Program-made: the position numbers and the translations under genes
In this document: one piece after another, positions 1 to 10,985 of the stretch
How positions within the stretch are numbered: the first letter of the stretch is position 1
Layout of the letters: every line of letters begins with the position of its first letter
Origin: an uncultured Methanosarcinales archaeon
Lineage (GTDB): Archaea; Halobacteriota; Methanosarcinia; Methanotrichales; Methanotrichaceae
Assembly: GCA_963843555.1 (NCBI GenBank)
Contig: CAWJKV010000011.1
Coordinates: 39,631-103,630 of the forward strand
Length of the DNA stretch: 64,000 nt
Reading direction: 5' to 3'
Notes under the pieces: generated by a model
Told to the model about the DNA's origin: nothing
Databases searched by the model: none
The model's input: only the letters and a program-made list of their open reading frames with translations

Positions 1-1681
1 CGCAATATGCTTCGGGAAGGTCCTGCAAGCTGATCCAGTCAGATATCTCGCCCGTTGCCGAGATCTTCAGGTCGTCTATCCCCTGGTTGCTGAAGAATAC
101 AAAACGCGTATTCCAGTCCTGATCGCCCGGTGCCAGGGAATAGAGCTTCTTTTGAGGTCTATCTGCACCGGTATTCAGGCCCACATAAACTCCTGCGCCG
201 GATGGCAGGTAGGCCCAGCGTCCCGCATTCCATTGATCTGGAATGACTCCAACGATGTCGTCGTCTATGAAGCTGGTACGACCGAAGGGCATCCAGGAGA
301 CCTGCACCCTGATAGTACTCTTCATAAGGCTCACCCAAGGTGTTGTTCAGCTTGACAGCACCCCGGGTTATAGCCGCCTTGACCCCCGCCGGCGTGAGAT
401 TACTATTCGCCTGCAGGAGCAGGGCAGAAAGACCTGCAGCTACCGGTGTAGAGAGGCTGGTGCCCGACTCGCGAGCATAGTAGACATCGACATAATTCAG
501 CCCTTCCAGACCGGGAGGCACCGGGAAGATGATATCCACGCCGGGAGCGACAACATCGGGTTTAATCCGATCGTCCCTGGTGGGCCCGGAGCCCGAAAAG
601 CTGGCCATGCGGCCGTTCGCATCCGTGGCTCCCAGAGTGATGACCTTCACTCCGTCACCTGGGGAGTCGATCAGACCGGGGGGCAAGGCCAGAACGATTG
701 GAACAAGGAAGAAATACACATCCTCTTTATTGCCGCTGCCGCCCGCGAGCTGAGATACGTCAACGGGAGTTCTGCCCCGGCCAGCCTGGAGGGTTGCGGT
801 TCCCGGCCCCTGACCTCCATGTTTCACTGCTATTGCGGTTGCCTGCCGCCACGCAGACCACGACGCCGTTATTTGCGGCATTGTCTGCGGCCATGGTTAT
901 GGGCGGATTGGTCTCGCCCAGATTTATGCCACCCAGGCTGAGGCTCAGGACATCTGCACCATTGTAAATGGCCCACTCAATCCCGGCGATGATATCAGAT
1001 ACTTTGCCGTCTCCCTTGCTGTCGATGACCTTGACATTGAGAAGGCTTGCTCCTGGCGCAATTCCCTTATATTTTCCTTTTGAGGCATTGCCCGATCCCG
1101 CAATGATTCCTGCCACCATTGTGCCATGACCCAGAAGATCGTCTGCCGTAACCTCATCGGTCAGGAAGTTCTTTTCGGCTACCACCTTGCCGATCAGATC
1201 CGGGTGATTCTTGTCTATCCCCGAATCGAGTACTGCCACAGTGACCCCCCGGCCGTCGATGCCCTTCTCCCAGAGCTTATCTGCGTTAATGATCTGGGTC
1301 GGAGAGATATACTGGTCCTGCGATGAATTATTGCCCGCGGAGCCGATATTTTTGCTGAGTCGTCAAAATAGATGCCTGTTTACAGAATCGCTCTCTGCTA
1401 TCCTTTTAATGGCCTGGGAGCTCGCGTCTCCAGCCAGGCCGTGAATGAGGCTGTACCTGTATCTTGACAGCAAAATCGTCCATATTGGGATCGCCAACGC
1501 CGTTCAGCATCACAATTACAGGTATCTTTTCCTCGCCGGCTTTGAGCCGCTCCGCCAATGCCGGATCTATCTTCTGGCTGGCGTCAGCTGGCAATACATC
1601 AATTATCTGTGCGGCAGCAGAAGCTGCCAAAATTATGCACGCTGCAGAAATAAGAATGAAAATCCTTCGATCCATGATCAA
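1..1681 (-). CDS. Secreted S8 (subtilisin-like) serine peptidase, split by frameshifts, runs off the window start
   Basis: Signal peptide (MDRRIFILISAACIILAASAAA) and propeptide. Catalytic motifs VLDSG, GHGT, VAAGN and SGTSLSTP lie across ORFs 1406-1681, 760-1239 and 159-881. Confidence 0.85.
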
Positions 1682-1784
1682 CCTTACCTGTCGAATGGTT
1701 TCCTGGCCCGTCTCAAAATCACAATAGACAATGGATTCAATGTGAGTAGATAATGCTAAATAAACCTGTGGTATTCTAGGATAG

Positions 1785-2564
1785 ATGATGCTGGAATGGC
1801 TGGTTCCCTATCTGCTCTGGATTAGCTTGCTTCTTCTCCTAGCCTCGGCCCTGACCCGAAAGAGCCTCATAGCCGTTCCGGGATGGGCTATCTTTGGCAT
1901 CTTCTGGTTCTCCCAGCTCGGGCATTATCTGGCCATAGAGGACTACTTCAATGTCGTTCTCTTTTTAGCGGCAGGTCTCATGAGCTTCTACATGGCCTGG
2001 GTCGTTATGAAGAAGGGCTTCACATCAAAGGCCTATCTCTGGGCTAGCTATGCGGCCGCAGTCTGCGGAGTCATCTATTTTCCTTTTGCCGAGATCGAGC
2101 CACTTCAATATGCATTGATAAGATTTACCACTCTCATGACTGTATGGACGCTTCAGCTCATTTCCGTTCCCGTGATAATGGAGAGTTGGAATATGATGAC
2201 CCTGAACGGTCGATCGGTGGAGATCATCCTTGCTTGCACGTCCATTGAGAGCATCGCACTCTTTGCCGGGTTGATTCTCTCTGTTCAGGCGCCAATAGGT
2301 CGCAGGCTGGCTGCACTGGCAGTAGCCACGGTTTCCATTTACCTCTTAAACATCGTGAGAAACGGATTTGTAATTATGGCCTACGGCTGGAGCTGGTTTG
2401 GCAGCGACAGCTTCGAGATCGCCCACAATATCATCGCCAAGGCAGGGTCGGTGGCAGCCCTTCTGGCAATATCTTACTTAGTATTCCTGCTCTTGCCGGA
2501 GCTTCTGACGATCATAGACGAGCTGGTGGCAGAAATAAGAACTCCCAGAGGAGATGCAGTTTGA
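1785..2564 (+). CDS. artA: Archaeosortase A
   Basis: Multi-TM protein with catalytic Cys (IILACTSIES), Arg (LNIVRN) and His (FEIAHN), the exosortase/archaeosortase triad. Confidence 0.85.
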   Translation: MMLEWLVPYLLWISLLLLLASALTRKSLIAVPGWAIFGIFWFSQLGHYLAIEDYFNVVLFLAAGLMSFYMAWVVMKKGFTSKAYLWASYAAAVCGVIYFPFAEIEPLQYALIRFTTLMTVWTLQLISVPVIMESWNMMTLNGRSVEIILACTSIESIALFAGLILSVQAPIGRRLAALAVATVSIYLLNIVRNGFVIMAYGWSWFGSDSFEIAHNIIAKAGSVAALLAISYLVFLLLPELLTIIDELVAEIRTPRGDAV

Positions 2565-3163
2565 AGCTAGCCAGAGATTCCACTGCCTGGATATCGGTGC
2601 CCATCTTTCTGACGGCTGCTCTGGCCGTGGCCGGAAGCTGGTACATGTCGGCTATGGCGTTGGCAGGCTTTATCTTCATGATCTTCTTTCACCGTGACCC
2701 TGACCGTTTGCCTCATGGAGATGGCATGGTCTCACCCGCGGACGGAAGAATCATTCAGGCCACACTGGAAAGAATCACCGTCTTCATGGGTCCGTCTGAT
2801 GTGCACGTAAACCGTGCGCCCATGGACGGGACGGTTCGCAGCATCGAATACAGGAAGGGCACCCATCTGCCTGCTTTCCTGAACCAGGCAAGCCACAACC
2901 AGCAGAACCGGATAAAGATCGAGACAGTGGATGGTGATATCGAGCTGCGCCAGATAACGGGGACCATGGTAAGAGAGATTGTGTGTTACGTTCGTCCCGG
3001 TGATCATGTGCTCCGAGGAGAGAGAATAGGCATGATTCGCTTCGGCTCGCGGGTGGAGGTAAGCCTTCCCAAGGGCTACAAATTGCAGGTAGAGCTGGGC
3101 GACAAGGTCCGGGCCGGAGAGACAGTGGTTGCCGTGAAGTGTCCGTCAGTGGAGTGCTCATGA
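2561..3163 (+). CDS. psd: Archaetidylserine/phosphatidylserine decarboxylase proenzyme
   Basis: FFHRDPDR, SPADG, DVHVNRAP and the GMIRFGSRV pyruvoyl cleavage motif. Confidence 0.92.
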   Translation: MKLARDSTAWISVPIFLTAALAVAGSWYMSAMALAGFIFMIFFHRDPDRLPHGDGMVSPADGRIIQATLERITVFMGPSDVHVNRAPMDGTVRSIEYRKGTHLPAFLNQASHNQQNRIKIETVDGDIELRQITGTMVREIVCYVRPGDHVLRGERIGMIRFGSRVEVSLPKGYKLQVELGDKVRAGETVVAVKCPSVECS

Positions 3164-3831
3164 ATGTCTTCCGGGTCATGCGGCTAGCCGACTTATTCAC
3201 GCTCTTGAATGTCATCTTTGGGTTCCTGGCAATTCTTGCAGCAGGCGGCGCTTGGGGCGGGAATTCAATAAATCTCGCCGTGGTCTTCATACTATTGGCG
3301 GCAGCTGCAGACGGCCTGGACGGCTTTGTGGCGAGGAAGACGGGCTCAAGTCCTCTGGGGGCCAACCTGGACTCTCTGGCGGACCTGATCTCCTTTGGCA
3401 CTGCACCGGTCTACCTGGCGATCATGGCGTTTCATCTCGGCCTCTGGTCTGGCCGGTAGGGATTTTTTATCTTATCTGCGGAACTCTGCGGCTCGCCAGG
3501 TTTAATGTCTCTGGCAAAAGTGATCAATTCTTTGAGGGGCTTCCCATTCCTGCGGCGGGCATATTCTTGTCCGCCAGTGTTCTTCTGGGCAGGCCGAACT
3601 CTGACGATTGTGCTCATGCTGCTCTTGGCGTTGCTCATGGTGAGCAGCATCTCCTACCCCAAGATAAGGGACGTCAGAGCCATGGCTCTTTTTGGACTCA
3701 TCTTTCTTGCCGCAGGATGGTTCATCTTCCGCCAGAACGATATTATTTATGCGGCCCTTCTGGTGATTATGCTGATCATGCTGTATCTGGCTAGTCCGGT
3801 TGTGATTTCACGCCTACAAAAAAGGAAATAG
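3160..3831 (+). CDS. pssA: Archaetidylserine synthase (CDP-alcohol phosphatidyltransferase), frameshifted
   Basis: DGLDGFVARKxxxxxLGANLDSLADLISFG signature. LRLARFN and FFEGLPIP appear in the next frame. Confidence 0.88.
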
Positions 3832-4136
3832 CCTCATTCGAGGCCGGCATAAAACTGGGAGCGCTCTACCATCAATTCGTTGGCGCGCCCGTAAGTGCAA
3901 AGACTGCATCCAGCCTGGAAGAGGCCATGCAGGAGAGCATCTCCCTTCAGCCTTATGTCCGGGAGGTAAGTGTTAGCATAAACCGAAAGATGTTGAAGGA
4001 GAATGTCTTCGGATATGGCGAACTGGAAGGGCGCATGATCACGGCCGAGGTTGAGATAGATTATGATGGCGTTGTCGTTCGTGCCCGGCTGGAGTACGAC
4101 GGACAGAAGAACTACCCGCTCATGAGTCTGCTCTAG
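3804..4136 (+). CDS. mptD: Archaeal dihydroneopterin aldolase (MptD/DUF381 family); start not resolved
   Basis: The frame upstream of the listed ORF reads FEAGIKLGALYHQFVGAPVS...LEEAMQES, followed by FGYGELEGRM and a YPLM C-terminus. Confidence 0.8.
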   Translation, partial: DFTPTKKEIASFEAGIKLGALYHQFVGAPVSAKTASSLEEAMQESISLQPYVREVSVSINRKMLKENVFGYGELEGRMITAEVEIDYDGVVVRARLEYDGQKNYPLMSLL

Positions 4137-4172
4137 GCCCGGAGTTGCTTTTTCACTGAATCGCTAACTCAC

Positions 4173-5088
4173 TCACTCGAACTCGATTGTGCCCGGCGGT
4201 TTGGGAGTCAGGTCGTAAACCACTCTTGAAACCGCAGGAATCTCGCCTGTGATGCGGCTGGATATGCGCCTCAGAACATCCCAGGGTATTTCCATCACGT
4301 CTGCGGTCATGGCATCCCGGGAGGAGACGGAACGAACTGCGACCACGTAGCCGTAGACCCGGTTGTCGCCCTTGACACCAGTGGCCTTTCCCAGGATGGC
4401 AGCAAAGGCCTGCCAGGGAGCAAACTGCTCGACCTCTTCTTCCACTATGGCATTGGCTTTGCGCACTACATCCAGCTTTTCGCGCGTGACCTCGCCCACG
4501 ATCCTGACCGCCAGCCCGGGGCCCGGATAAGGCATTCTCTCGCTGATCTCCTGAGGAAGTCCCAGAGCTCTGGCCACTACCCGCACCTCGTCCTTATACA
4601 GGTCGCGCAGGGGCTCAACTATGGTCTTGAACTCCATGCAGCTGGGCAGCCCGCCCACGTTGTGATGGGCCTTTATGCCTCCGTCAGACTCGATTCTGTC
4701 CGGATAGATGGTGCCCTGCATGAGACAGTCGCCGCCAATCTTGCGGGCCTCCTCCTCAAAGACGCGGATAAAGGTCTCGCCAACGATCATCCTCTTCTCT
4801 TCCGGGTCCGTGACCCCTTTTAAGGCATCGAGAAACCGGTCCTGGGCGTTCACGCGCACGAGGCCGATATCCGTGAAAAGCTGCTCAATTCTGTCCGACT
4901 CGAACTGCCTCATGAGCCCCGAGTCCACATAAACAGGGACCAGCCGGTCACCCAATGCTCGACTGGGCAAGCATTGCGCATACCGAGCTGTCCACGCCTC
5001 CCGATAAACCAATAATGGCGCGACCCTTAACATCGCGCTTGATTTCTGCGATGGCGTTCTCAATGAAACGTTCCGCATTCATGGCCAT
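4173..5088 (-). CDS. guaAB: GMP synthase subunit B (ATP pyrophosphatase), frameshift near the N-terminus
   Basis: Alternative N-terminal frame gives [12 protein letters not shown]. Also [28 protein letters not shown] and KPPGTIEFE. Confidence 0.92.
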
Positions 5089-5505
5089 AATATCAGGCCC
5101 GGCTTCCTAGATTTTAGGCTTGCGGTTATGAAATCCGTAACGCTATTACGATCATATGGCAATACAGCGATGCTTTCAGATGATCTCAATATGACAATAA
5201 CATGAAAAATAAGGCTTTAAATTATCATAACAAGAATATATTGGCGGGATAGGAGAGTGGGACTTGCCATATCCTGCAGGGAGGGCTTCCCTCCGCCCTC
5301 CCTTAAGACACAACAATACTGGCTCAAAACAGAATTTTGCTTTTAGCATTCCCATCTTTTTAGCTCTACCATTGTTGATACCGAAAATACTGGACAATCG
5401 AAATGAAGCCCAGCTATTAAGATACTCATTTAAATTCGTTCTCACTGTTCTGAGACTTGCCAACGCATGCCGCTCCGTGGTCCTTAAATTTCATGAACTC
5501 AAAGT

Positions 5506-6784
5506 GTGATGCAAGCCATGACCCGTACCATAGCCGAAATAAACGAGCGAATCAAGAGCCAGGATGCAGTTGTGCTGACCGCCCAGGAGGTCTGTGATAT
5601 CGTCAAGGACGGCGGAGAGCTCGCCCTGAAAGACGTTGACGTTGTCACCACTGCCACCCGGGCCATAATGAGCGGAACCTATGCGGTGCTGTCGTTCCCC
5701 GTTGCAGAGCCCGGCACATTTGTCCGTGCCGAAAAGGTCTCGATCAACGGAGTTCCTGCCTGCATCGGGCCATGCCCAAATGAGCGGTTAGGCGTCATCG
5801 ACCTGATGGTCTACGGCACGGCACATAGCAAAGCTAAATCCGATTATGGCGGAGGACATCTGTTCCGGGAGCTGGTCGAGGGCCAGGAGGTTCAGGTTGA
5901 GGTTGAAACCTGTGAAGGAGGATCTCTTACAAAGGATATATGCCTGGATGACATCCCCTATGCTCAAATCCACTCCACTCGCAACGCCTTCAAGAACTAT
6001 GTGGCCTTTGTAAACCCCAGAACTGCTCCTTTGCCCACGATCTTCAGCGCGCTGCAATTTCCGCCCAATTTTAGCTGTGCCACGGTGTCCGGATGCGGTC
6101 AGCTCAATCCCATCAAGAACGATCCTAACCTGGAGACGATCGGCATAGGCACACGCATCCTCCTGAATGGCGCCCAGGGGTTTGTGATAGGCACCGGCAC
6201 TCGCAGCATGCCATCCAGGCCGAACCTTCTCGGGCTGGCTGACATGCACCAGATGAGCCCTGAGTACATGGGCGGTTTCATCACGTCCGCAGGCCCGGAA
6301 TGCATAGGCTCCTGGGCGGTGCCTATTCCGGTGCTGAATGAGTCCATCCTGGAGAAGCATACTGTTGCAGGATAGGGATATCCCCCTCACCATAATGGAC
6401 GTAAATATTCGCCAGAAGATCGGCAAGACGACCTATGAGGACGTCTGGGGCTCGTCTGATCTGGAGATCGAGTTCGATCCGGGCAGGTGCACCAGCTGCA
6501 GGAGATGTACTGCGGAGCCCGTCTGCCCCATGAGGGCGATCGCAATTGTTGGCGATCGGGTTATGCGCGATGAGGGTAAATGCTTCAATTGCGGTCTATG
6601 CGTCTCGCAATGCTCCGGCGGGGCGTTCCGTGGGAATCTCGGCGCCATCAACCTTGCGGGCAGGATGATTCCGATTCAACTCCGCCAATCGGATAGAGCG
6701 AGAGCTGTAAAGCTGGCAAAGGAACTGAAATCGCAGATTCTGGATGGATCTTTCAGGATGACAGAGATGGTGGAAAGATTGTGA
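5506..6784 (+). CDS. Methanogenesis marker 16 metalloprotein (DUF39 plus C-terminal 4Fe-4S dicluster), one frameshift near 6350
   Basis: RTIAEINERI, DVVTTAT, GPCPNERLG and GCGQLNP, then CxxCxxC...CP / CxxCxxCxxxC and LRQSDRARA. Confidence 0.8.
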
Positions 6785-7194
6785 GGGTCTCCTTGGGTCA
6801 GTAATGTGGAGCTACAATTCCCCAGAGATGGGCATAGCTCGGATCGCCATACCTAATGATAAGATGATTGACTTCTTTTTGATTTTGAATGAGAGTCAGA
6901 GCTAAACTTTTTGCCATTAGATATGTACAAGTTGATTGTTTAGGCCACAAAGATGCTCACCATAAGACAGATTTCTTGATTTCCATCATGGGTCGGCCTG
7001 TGCATATCTGCCAGGCTTGAGCCTTATCCGGTAGATCTGAAAATGATCATATAGTGAACTACGCCCTCTCCTTGTTCCATTCACGTCTTGGTTGCATAGT
7101 TGAATAAATATCTCTCGGTGCTAACCCTAGCTGGTCCTAATTGCCTTGGCAGCCCGCGCGAGAGAAGATGTTGCCCACACATAAGGAGTACGCA

Positions 7195-7570
7195 CGTGTG
7201 CGCGTGGGCGCGGGTGCCCGCGTGGGCTTGCCGCCTGAGGGGGCCGGGAGGCCGGTCGGGCCTGGTGTCAGGGGGGCTTATCTCCTGAAGGGGCAGCTCT
7301 TTGGGGACTGGATTTTTGGAAGAAGATGGCAGTTCATCATTATTATTATCAGAAAATTATACCAAACAACTAACTGATCGCATCACAGAGGCACAGAGCG
7401 CACGGAGACTCGACGACTGAGGTTTCGGGCAGTCTCCGGCTTTGACGATCCTTGCTGGCTGTGGGCCAGCCTCGCTGGCAGCCCATCGAGCATGCGGCAT
7501 CCTTGCCTCGGATCCACGGCTCGCGCTCCAGGGTCTGCCGCTGTGGGCTGGGACTGTCCAGGGCTGCATC
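7195..7570 (+). repeat. Copy 1 of ~410-bp GC-rich repeat (nearly full unit)
   Basis: Core GTGCCCGCGTGGGCTTGCCGCCTGAGGGGGCCGGGAGGCCGGTCGGGCCTG at 7214, followed by GGATTTTTGG, AGAAAATTATACC, CACAGAG iterations and CCACGGCTCGCGCTCC. Confidence 0.92.
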
Positions 7571-7635
7571 AGTATGGCTGATTGACTGCCGCTAAACTTA
7601 AGTGTCCCTAAATCAAGATAGATTTGAGGCATCTA

Positions 7636-8097
7636 ATGCGCGCTAAAGCTCAGTTAGGCAAATCGGATCTGCCAATAAATATCGGAAGAAAGGCAAGAAG
7701 AAAGACCTCACGAGCCGGCTTTCTTCCTGGTGACGCAGCTCATGGCAAGACACCTGAGGTCAAAGATGTCCTGGAAGTTCTAAAAGCGATGCATGTGATG
7801 ATTCCAGAGACCTCTGAGGTCAGCGAGTACCTTCTTGCCCATCCGGATTTAAGCTGCCTGATTCCACCGATCTGCTGCAAACTGATCAAGACGTTCCCAG
7901 AGGATGCAAAGCTCTTTTTGGAGATTTACCGCGATCCCGAGATTCATGATGAGTATCTGACGCTTTACGTTCGAAAGAATGTGTACGAAGAGCAGATTTT
8001 GGACTGTATTGATGAAGCCATGGCAGAGTTCGAGCCGGCCCTGGGATCTGCATCGGGATGGCTCCTGGTGACTACAGATTTTCTTTTGCCAAAATAA
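7636..8097 (+). CDS. Hypothetical protein, probable partner/antitoxin of the downstream HEPN protein; start uncertain
   Basis: Intact ORF ending 15 bp before the HEPN gene; acidic C-terminal domain; no recognisable GSxxRG nucleotidyltransferase motif. Confidence 0.55.
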   Translation: MRAKAQLGKSDLPINIGRKARRKTSRAGFLPGDAAHGKTPEVKDVLEVLKAMHVMIPETSEVSEYLLAHPDLSCLIPPICCKLIKTFPEDAKLFLEIYRDPEIHDEYLTLYVRKNVYEEQILDCIDEAMAEFEPALGSASGWLLVTTDFLLPK

Positions 8098-8112
8098 GGA
8101 ACTATAAACTCC

Positions 8113-8481
8113 ATGTCCTTTGATTGGCGAGAATACCTCGATCTGGCAGAAGCCCTTATGGGAAGGAATAGCAAGCCCATAACAATTGAAGCTGCATTCA
8201 GATGCTCAATGAGCAGGATCTACTACGCTGCATTCTGTCATGCCAGGAACTACGCACAGAAAAAACAAAGTTTTGCCGCAAAGTGCAATGCTTCTGACCA
8301 TGCACGGATTAGAGAGCATTTTCGATCCAGCGGAATGACCAGGATTGCCGGCAACCTGGACAGACTGAGACAGTGGAGGAATGCCTGTGATTACGAGGAC
8401 TCCATCGAGATCTCTGAAAGGTCTTATGATGCCATGACGGCTCAAGCAAAGTATGTTCTTGAGGCTCTTAGAGACAAATAG
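8113..8481 (+). CDS. HEPN-domain protein
   Basis: FDWREYLDLA...SRIYYAAF...H...LRQWRNACDY pattern typical of HEPN (UPF0332-like) proteins. Confidence 0.75.
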   Translation: MSFDWREYLDLAEALMGRNSKPITIEAAFRCSMSRIYYAAFCHARNYAQKKQSFAAKCNASDHARIREHFRSSGMTRIAGNLDRLRQWRNACDYEDSIEISERSYDAMTAQAKYVLEALRDK

Positions 8482-8510
8482 GGAAGGAGCAGTCTAAGTC
8501 GTCCGTTGAG

Positions 8511-8827
8511 GGGCCGGGCCGTCCGGGCCGCATCGTCGTCTGCCGGTCGGGCGCTCGTGCGTGCTCCCGCATGGCTGCGCGCGTGCCCGCGTGGGCTTGC
8601 CGCCTGGGGGCCGGGAGGCCGGTCGGGCTTGATGTCAGGAGGGGCTTGTCTCCGGAATGGGTGGCTTTTCGGGGGCAGGATTTTTGGAAGAAGTGGCAGT
8701 TCATCATTATTATTAGCAGAAAATTATAACCGAACAACTACGAATAACACCACAGAGGCGCAGAGCGCACAGAGGCTTCACGGCTGAGGCTTCGGGGCCA
8801 GCTCCGGCTTGACGATCCTTGTGGGCC
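8511..8827 (+). repeat. Copy 2 of GC-rich repeat
   Basis: Core at 8583, AGAAAATTATAACC at 8718, and ACCACAGAGGCGCAGAGCGCACAGAG. Confidence 0.92.
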
Positions 8828-8978
8828 TTGGCTCGGCGGGCGGCAGCGCGGGCGCGGGTGTACGCTCGGTTGGCAGCATGGGGGCGGGAGGAACAATAGT
8901 GTGCAGAGGAGCGCGGACAGGTATGCTTTGCTGGCCGTTTCGGTAGGATCTGGCGCAAACGGGATTATTGGCTTGGAT

Positions 8979-9470
8979 TCATGGTCTCCATAAATTCAAG
9001 AAACCGACACGCTCAAAATCAGCATCATTTGTGGCCATCTCCTTTATCCCAAATGCCTTGCAGCAGGCGGTATGCAAGGCATCCCTGGGAAGAAGACGGT
9101 ATTCGCTGGCGCATTCCAGCGCGATTTTGGAGATAGAATAGTCAAGGCTCAGGACCTTTAGATGTCCTTTGGAGATGAGCACGTCGAGATAGTCATGAAA
9201 CTCATGCACAGGCACAAGGCAATCTTGCCAGGCATGTAGCATCGCTTTTTTCATCGATCTTGCGTCTTTCGGGCTTCCTGTTCTCCTGGCGGTCTGGACC
9301 ATCAGGACATAGGAAACCTCATCGATGACCAGAGGCGAGATGAACGCCTCGATAGTTCCTTGTTCAACCTTTTCCAGAAGCTCCTGGCAGCTTCTGCCGT
9401 AGGTGGGGTGGCCTGTCAGAAGGTAGGTGAAGATATTGGCATCAATGAACACTTGTCTCGTAATCTTCAT
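8979..9470 (-). CDS. vapC: VapC/PIN-domain toxin
   Basis: FIDANIF, VIDEV, LLPRDALH and ATNDADF, the PIN acidic tetrad. Confidence 0.9.
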   Translation of the reverse strand: MKITRQVFIDANIFTYLLTGHPTYGRSCQELLEKVEQGTIEAFISPLVIDEVSYVLMVQTARRTGSPKDARSMKKAMLHAWQDCLVPVHEFHDYLDVLISKGHLKVLSLDYSISKIALECASEYRLLPRDALHTACCKAFGIKEMATNDADFERVGFLNLWRP

Positions 9471-9630
9471 GTGCTTCCTCTAGCCCTTCCCAACACTTTA
9501 CGATCCCAAAGATTCTGCTGGTAGCGCTCCTTTGGACGCTTATCTCGACCTCATCACCTTCTTTCAGGTTCAACTCCCCAAGGGGCTTGAGGACTTTGTC
9601 TTCGTATCTAGCCCTGATCACGGCACCCAT
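9442..9630 (-). CDS. Antitoxin, DUF104/AF2212-like
   Basis: IRARYEDKVLKPLGELNLKEGDEVEI; overlaps the start of the PIN gene. Confidence 0.85.
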   Translation of the reverse strand: MGAVIRARYEDKVLKPLGELNLKEGDEVEISVQRSATSRIFGIVKCWEGLEEAHEDYETSVH

Positions 9631-9763
9631 CGTCTCACCAACATCATGATTTGTCTTTCATGGATAAATGAATATGGCTTTCACGCCTTATAAAGTGATG
9701 TCGATGATTCGTCGTGATCCGGTATGGCCCAGCCGCTCGCCGCGTGCCGCGCTGGTACGCGGA

Positions 9764-9830
9764 CTCTCGCATGGACGCGCTTGCCCGCGTGGGCTTGCCG
9801 CCTGAGGGGCCGGGAGGCCGGTCGGGCCTA
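9764..9830 (+). repeat. Copy 3 of GC-rich repeat (core only)
   Basis: CTCTCGCATGGACGCGCTTGCCCGCGTGGGCTTGCCGCCTGAGGGGCCGGGAGGCCGGTCGGGCCT. Confidence 0.9.
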
Positions 9831-9955
9831 ATCGCACTCACCGCTCCTGCTCTGGGCGCGGAAGGCAGGTCGAGCCTCAGGCCAGTCCTTTGCAGCTGCA
9901 GGTGTCAGTTGTGTAGTTTTCTGGCGATGGGTTACCGTAATGATGACTATCTCAA

Positions 9956-10312
9956 TTACCTTAAGCTCTCTTCACTGATCGCATCAAGGATCTGCTTCAT
10001 TTTCTGCTTCAGATCCGGTATATCCCCTTGAACAATCTCCCAGATAATCTGCAGGTCTACATTAAAATAGGCATGGATCATGCGGTTTCTGAGGCCAATC
10101 ATCTGGCGCCATGGTATCTGAGGATGCTCATTGCGTAGATCCTCGGAGAGATTCCGGGCTGCTTCTCCCATCACCTCTAACTGCCTTATCACTCCATCCT
10201 GAAGCAATCTGTTTCTCAAGAACTCTTCATGTGAAACATTATCCATGTAGTGCTCTATCAGCATAAAGGCATCTATGATGTGGTGAAGATAGACAGAATC
10301 ATCCTTCTTCAT
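9956..10312 (-). CDS. HepT-like (DUF86) HEPN RNase toxin
   Basis: YLHHIIDA, LEVMGEAA and IPWRQMIGLRNRMIHAYF, which contains the RX4H motif. Confidence 0.92.
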   Translation of the reverse strand: MKKDDSVYLHHIIDAFMLIEHYMDNVSHEEFLRNRLLQDGVIRQLEVMGEAARNLSEDLRNEHPQIPWRQMIGLRNRMIHAYFNVDLQIIWEIVQGDIPDLKQKMKQILDAISEESLR

Positions 10313-10601
10313 ATAACAGAACCAGGTCTTTTTCAGCATAAGGTCGCAAATAAGGGCTTAGCGATCCTTCTGCAATTAGCTCTACCTCCCTGCCCAGGAT
10401 GCGGCTGAGTTCATCCTCTAACCCGAACCATCCCAGACCCAATCGGGGACGTTTTTCCGGGTCTTTTAGCTCCACCAGGATATCAATATCGCTTTCCGGT
10501 GTCTCCTCTCCTCTCGCAAAGGAGCCGAAGACGGCAATACGTTTAACATAAGGCCTGAGCATGGGCAATACTTTGTCCCTCAGATCTGTATATCGGTTCA
10601 T
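10299..10601 (-). CDS. MntA-like minimal nucleotidyltransferase antitoxin
   Basis: Starts at MNRYTDLR; FGSFARGEETPESDIDILV; overlaps the HepT gene. Confidence 0.9.
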   Translation of the reverse strand: MNRYTDLRDKVLPMLRPYVKRIAVFGSFARGEETPESDIDILVELKDPEKRPRLGLGWFGLEDELSRILGREVELIAEGSLSPYLRPYAEKDLVLLYEEG

Positions 10602-10699
10602 TTGGTATCCTTTTCTCGCTATGCCTGTCCATTTGATACATGTTGGAAGTCTGCGTTTAAATAGATAAGGTCTTTGAGGAGCCCATACCACCCGCGTCC

Positions 10700-10897
10700 C
10701 GGCTGCTCCTCCAGTGTCCGACGCCCGTGGCCGGGCCGTCCGGATCGCATCGCCGTCTGCCGGGCGGGCGCTCGTGCGTGCTCTCGCATGGGCGCGCGTG
10801 CCCGCGTGGGCTTGCCGTCTGGGGGCCGGGAGGCCGGTCGGGCCTGGTGTCAGGGGCTTTTGCATTCTGGATAGTTGGCTCTTCAGGCGGGCTGGAT
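10700..10897 (+). repeat. Copy 4 of GC-rich repeat (partial)
   Basis: GGCCGGGCCGTCCGGATCGCATCGCCGTCTGCCGGGCGGGCGCTCGTGCGTGCTCTCGCATGGG plus core at 10798. Confidence 0.9.
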
Positions 10898-10985
10898 GAA
10901 AACTGGTGCCTGAAGATCGGATATTTCGATGCGTATAGATCCAAAACCTTATACTTGAGGAAAACGTGTTCTTAGTGGAGATTGC

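Noticed and set aside
6960..7080. Possible decayed hicB fragment on the minus strand (FSDLP-like)
   Set aside because: Too short and interrupted by stops to support.
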